The notes under the pieces: generated by a model | Databases searched by the model: none | Seen by the model: the letters and a program-made list of their open reading frames with translations, nothing else | What the model was told of the DNA's origin: nothing | NCBI RefSeq assembly: GCF_963921235.1 | Contig: NC_086097.1 | Coordinates: forward strand, 209,748,001 to 209,812,000 | Reading direction: 5' to 3' | DNA length: 64,000 nucleotides | Source: Mobula hypostoma | Lineage: Eukaryota | Part shown: positions 61,841 to 64,000 of the stretch, piece by piece | Position numbering within the stretch: the stretch's first letter is position 1 | How the letters are laid out: each line of letters starts with the position of its first letter | Made by a program: the position numbers and the translations under genes

Positions 61841-62154
61841 AAAGTGTTAAAAGAATTGCACAAACTGCAGTTTGTGGTTATGATCTTGGACAACTGCCTG
61901 AAAGGAAATGGAAGCAGAAAGTTGTTGCATTCAAAAGTGAATTGAGTACTTGAGAGAGCCAATTTACAGGGCTAGAGAGTGGGAGCTGGGGGGTAGAATT
62001 AACTGCATTGTTAATGCAGACCACAGATGAAGGTTGGAGGGACCAATTAGTCGTTCTGCATCCGGTAACATTTCTGTGATTCTTATGTAAATGATATTGG
62101 TCCAACAAATTAAAATAGTCAGCCTATTAGTGTCAAAAGGTTACTAATAATGTA

Positions 62155-62707
62155 CACTCAAGGATCACTTTTTTAGTGCTTAGGTGCCACCTGTACCTAC
62201 TAAAGACACCACTGAGTCTATGTTTGTAGCCCATCCACTTCAAGGTTCGACATGTTGAGCATTTATAGATACTATTCTGCACACCTGTTGTAATGCATGG
62301 TTATCTGAGTTACAGTCACCTTCCTGTCAGCTTGAACTAGACTGGCCATTCTCCTCTGACCTCTCTCATTAACAAGTCATTTTCGCCCATCTAATCCCGC
62401 TCACTAGATTTTATTTTTGATTTTCGCACCGTCCTCTGTAAACTTTAGAGACTGTTATGCATAAAGATCACAGGAGATCAGAAATTTCAGAGATACTCAA
62501 AACACCCCATCGGGCACCAACAATCATTCTAACGTCAAAGTCACTTAGATCACATTTCTTCCCATCTGTTTGGTCTGAACAACAACTGAAACTCTTGACC
62601 ACGTTGCATGCCTTTATGCGTTGAGTTGCTGCCACACGATTGGCTGATTAGCTACTTGCATTAACGAGCATGTGTACAGGTGTACCTAATAGAGTCGTCA
62701 CTGAATG
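62155..62707 (-). mobile_element. Internally deleted Tc1-family DNA transposon
   Basis: TA|CACTCA..CACTTT.TTAG..CACCTGTAC and GTACAGGTGTACCTAATAGAGT..CACTGAATG|TA. Minus-strand remnant resembles the Tc1 HTH start (CDLSDFD..MIVGAR..LSISE..DLL). Confidence 0.75.
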
Positions 62708-63529
62708 TATTTCTCAACCAGCTCCCAAAAAGAAATAAAAGCATGAAATACGCAGCAAGTCAGGTGTTATCTGCAAAGCGAGATCCCGCAGTTGGAGATC
62801 TGAGTAGGAAAAGTACCTACAAATTAGACTTTGTACTCAGTTTTGGTTTTCTTATATTACAGTAACCAGTCTGAAATCAGCAACAGTGTTGTGTGAAAGT
62901 GAAATTTGATACATTGCTCTCCACAGTTTTAATTAGCAAAAAATACAGGCATCATTGCAAAATTGTAGCAAATTCCAAAAGTTGTGCAAAAATGCTTAAA
63001 TGTTAAATGACAGATATAATTTCTGAACCATAATGACTCATTTACATTGGTGCATGTTAAAACCATTTTGATCTGTGGCTAAAGTTTTGGTATCTTGGGA
63101 ATTATGGGGCAGATCAAATCTACCTAAGTCTCTCTTAATCAAATCTGTGGTCTCCACCAGCCTGCGTTTAACATAGCCTGTCACAGAGAACCTTCTCACA
63201 TTGACCCTCCACTCCCAACAAACATTAGTTAGGCTGAGAATGGGAAATATGGGGGGTTTGTCCCTAGGATGCCTCTGAAGAGCCACAGACAGAAGGCAAA
63301 ACTAAAGCTGGGATTTTGTCTTCTGTCAAAGCTAATTTATTTTTACATTTAGAGTTATGTGAGAACTGTTATTATTGAAGTAAATAATCACAAAATGTTA
63401 AACCTAAAACGAAGTTACTTTAAAAAAACACCTAAGCACTTAGAAATAATTAAAAATATTAAACAGAAATAAAATAACCTTCCCTGTTGCTTCCTATTCT
63501 CTGCGTCTAATTTGCCTAGGTAAATTTCA

Positions 63530-63932
63530 AGATCAGAGTGACTATGATGCTGCCTGGATTAGAGAGCAAGTGCAATAACGAGAGGTTGGACAAACCTGGG
63601 CTGTTTTCTCTGGAGCGGAGGCAGCTGTGGGACATTTGGTAGGGATTTATAGGATTATGAGAGGCATAGATAGAGTACACAGACGGTATATTTTTCCCAG
63701 GGTTGAAATGCTCGGTACCAGAGGGCATGCATTTAAGGTACGGGGGGTAAGTTCAAAGGAGATATGAGAGACAAGCATTTTACACCGAGAATGGTGGGTG
63801 CCTGCAATGGTGGTAGAGGCAAATACTTTACATTAGGAACTTCTAAGAGAGGTTTAGATAAACATGTGAATTTGCAGAGCAGACTCCATGGGCCAAATAG
63901 CCTAAATTCTTCGCTTATGTCTTATGGTCTTG
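63530..63932 (+). mobile_element. CR1 3' fragment
   Basis: ACCAGAGGGCATGCATTTAAGGT (TRGH motif); GGGCCAAATAGCCTAAATTCT..CTTATGTCTTATGGTCTT end. Confidence 0.75.
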
Positions 63933-64000
63933 TGGAAAGTGGAAGGATATGGACATTGTGTGGGGAGAGGGTGCTCATTTAGTTGGCCATTTGATTACTA

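Overview
Vertebrate genomic DNA, most likely a cartilaginous fish such as a ray. That is inferred from the repeat mix of HE1/V-SINE-type SINEs, CR1 LINEs, Rex1/Babar LINEs and abundant Penelope ends. The only host coding sequence I can support is one 200-bp internal exon of XKR4 (49688-49887, +, AG/GT bounded), so the rest is best read as two very large introns. These are packed with nested, decayed transposons: several CR1 LINEs (two reaching ORF1), Rex1/Babar LINEs, a Penelope-like element with a ~617-codon RT+GIY-YIG frame, two solo LTRs with TSDs, Tigger/MER2-like, Tc1 and hAT DNA elements, and tRNA-derived SINEs. The most interesting non-coding signal is a family of minimal hammerhead-ribozyme motifs (CUGANGA...GAAA-CGUC) in the Penelope terminal repeats. 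These include stand-alone fold-back insertions whose inversion point falls at the ribozyme. Also notable are a MER2-like element that looks very close to the mammalian consensus as I recall it, and a tRNA SINE with an RTE/BovB-type tail. All calls were made by eye with no database search. Boundaries of old repeats are approximate.
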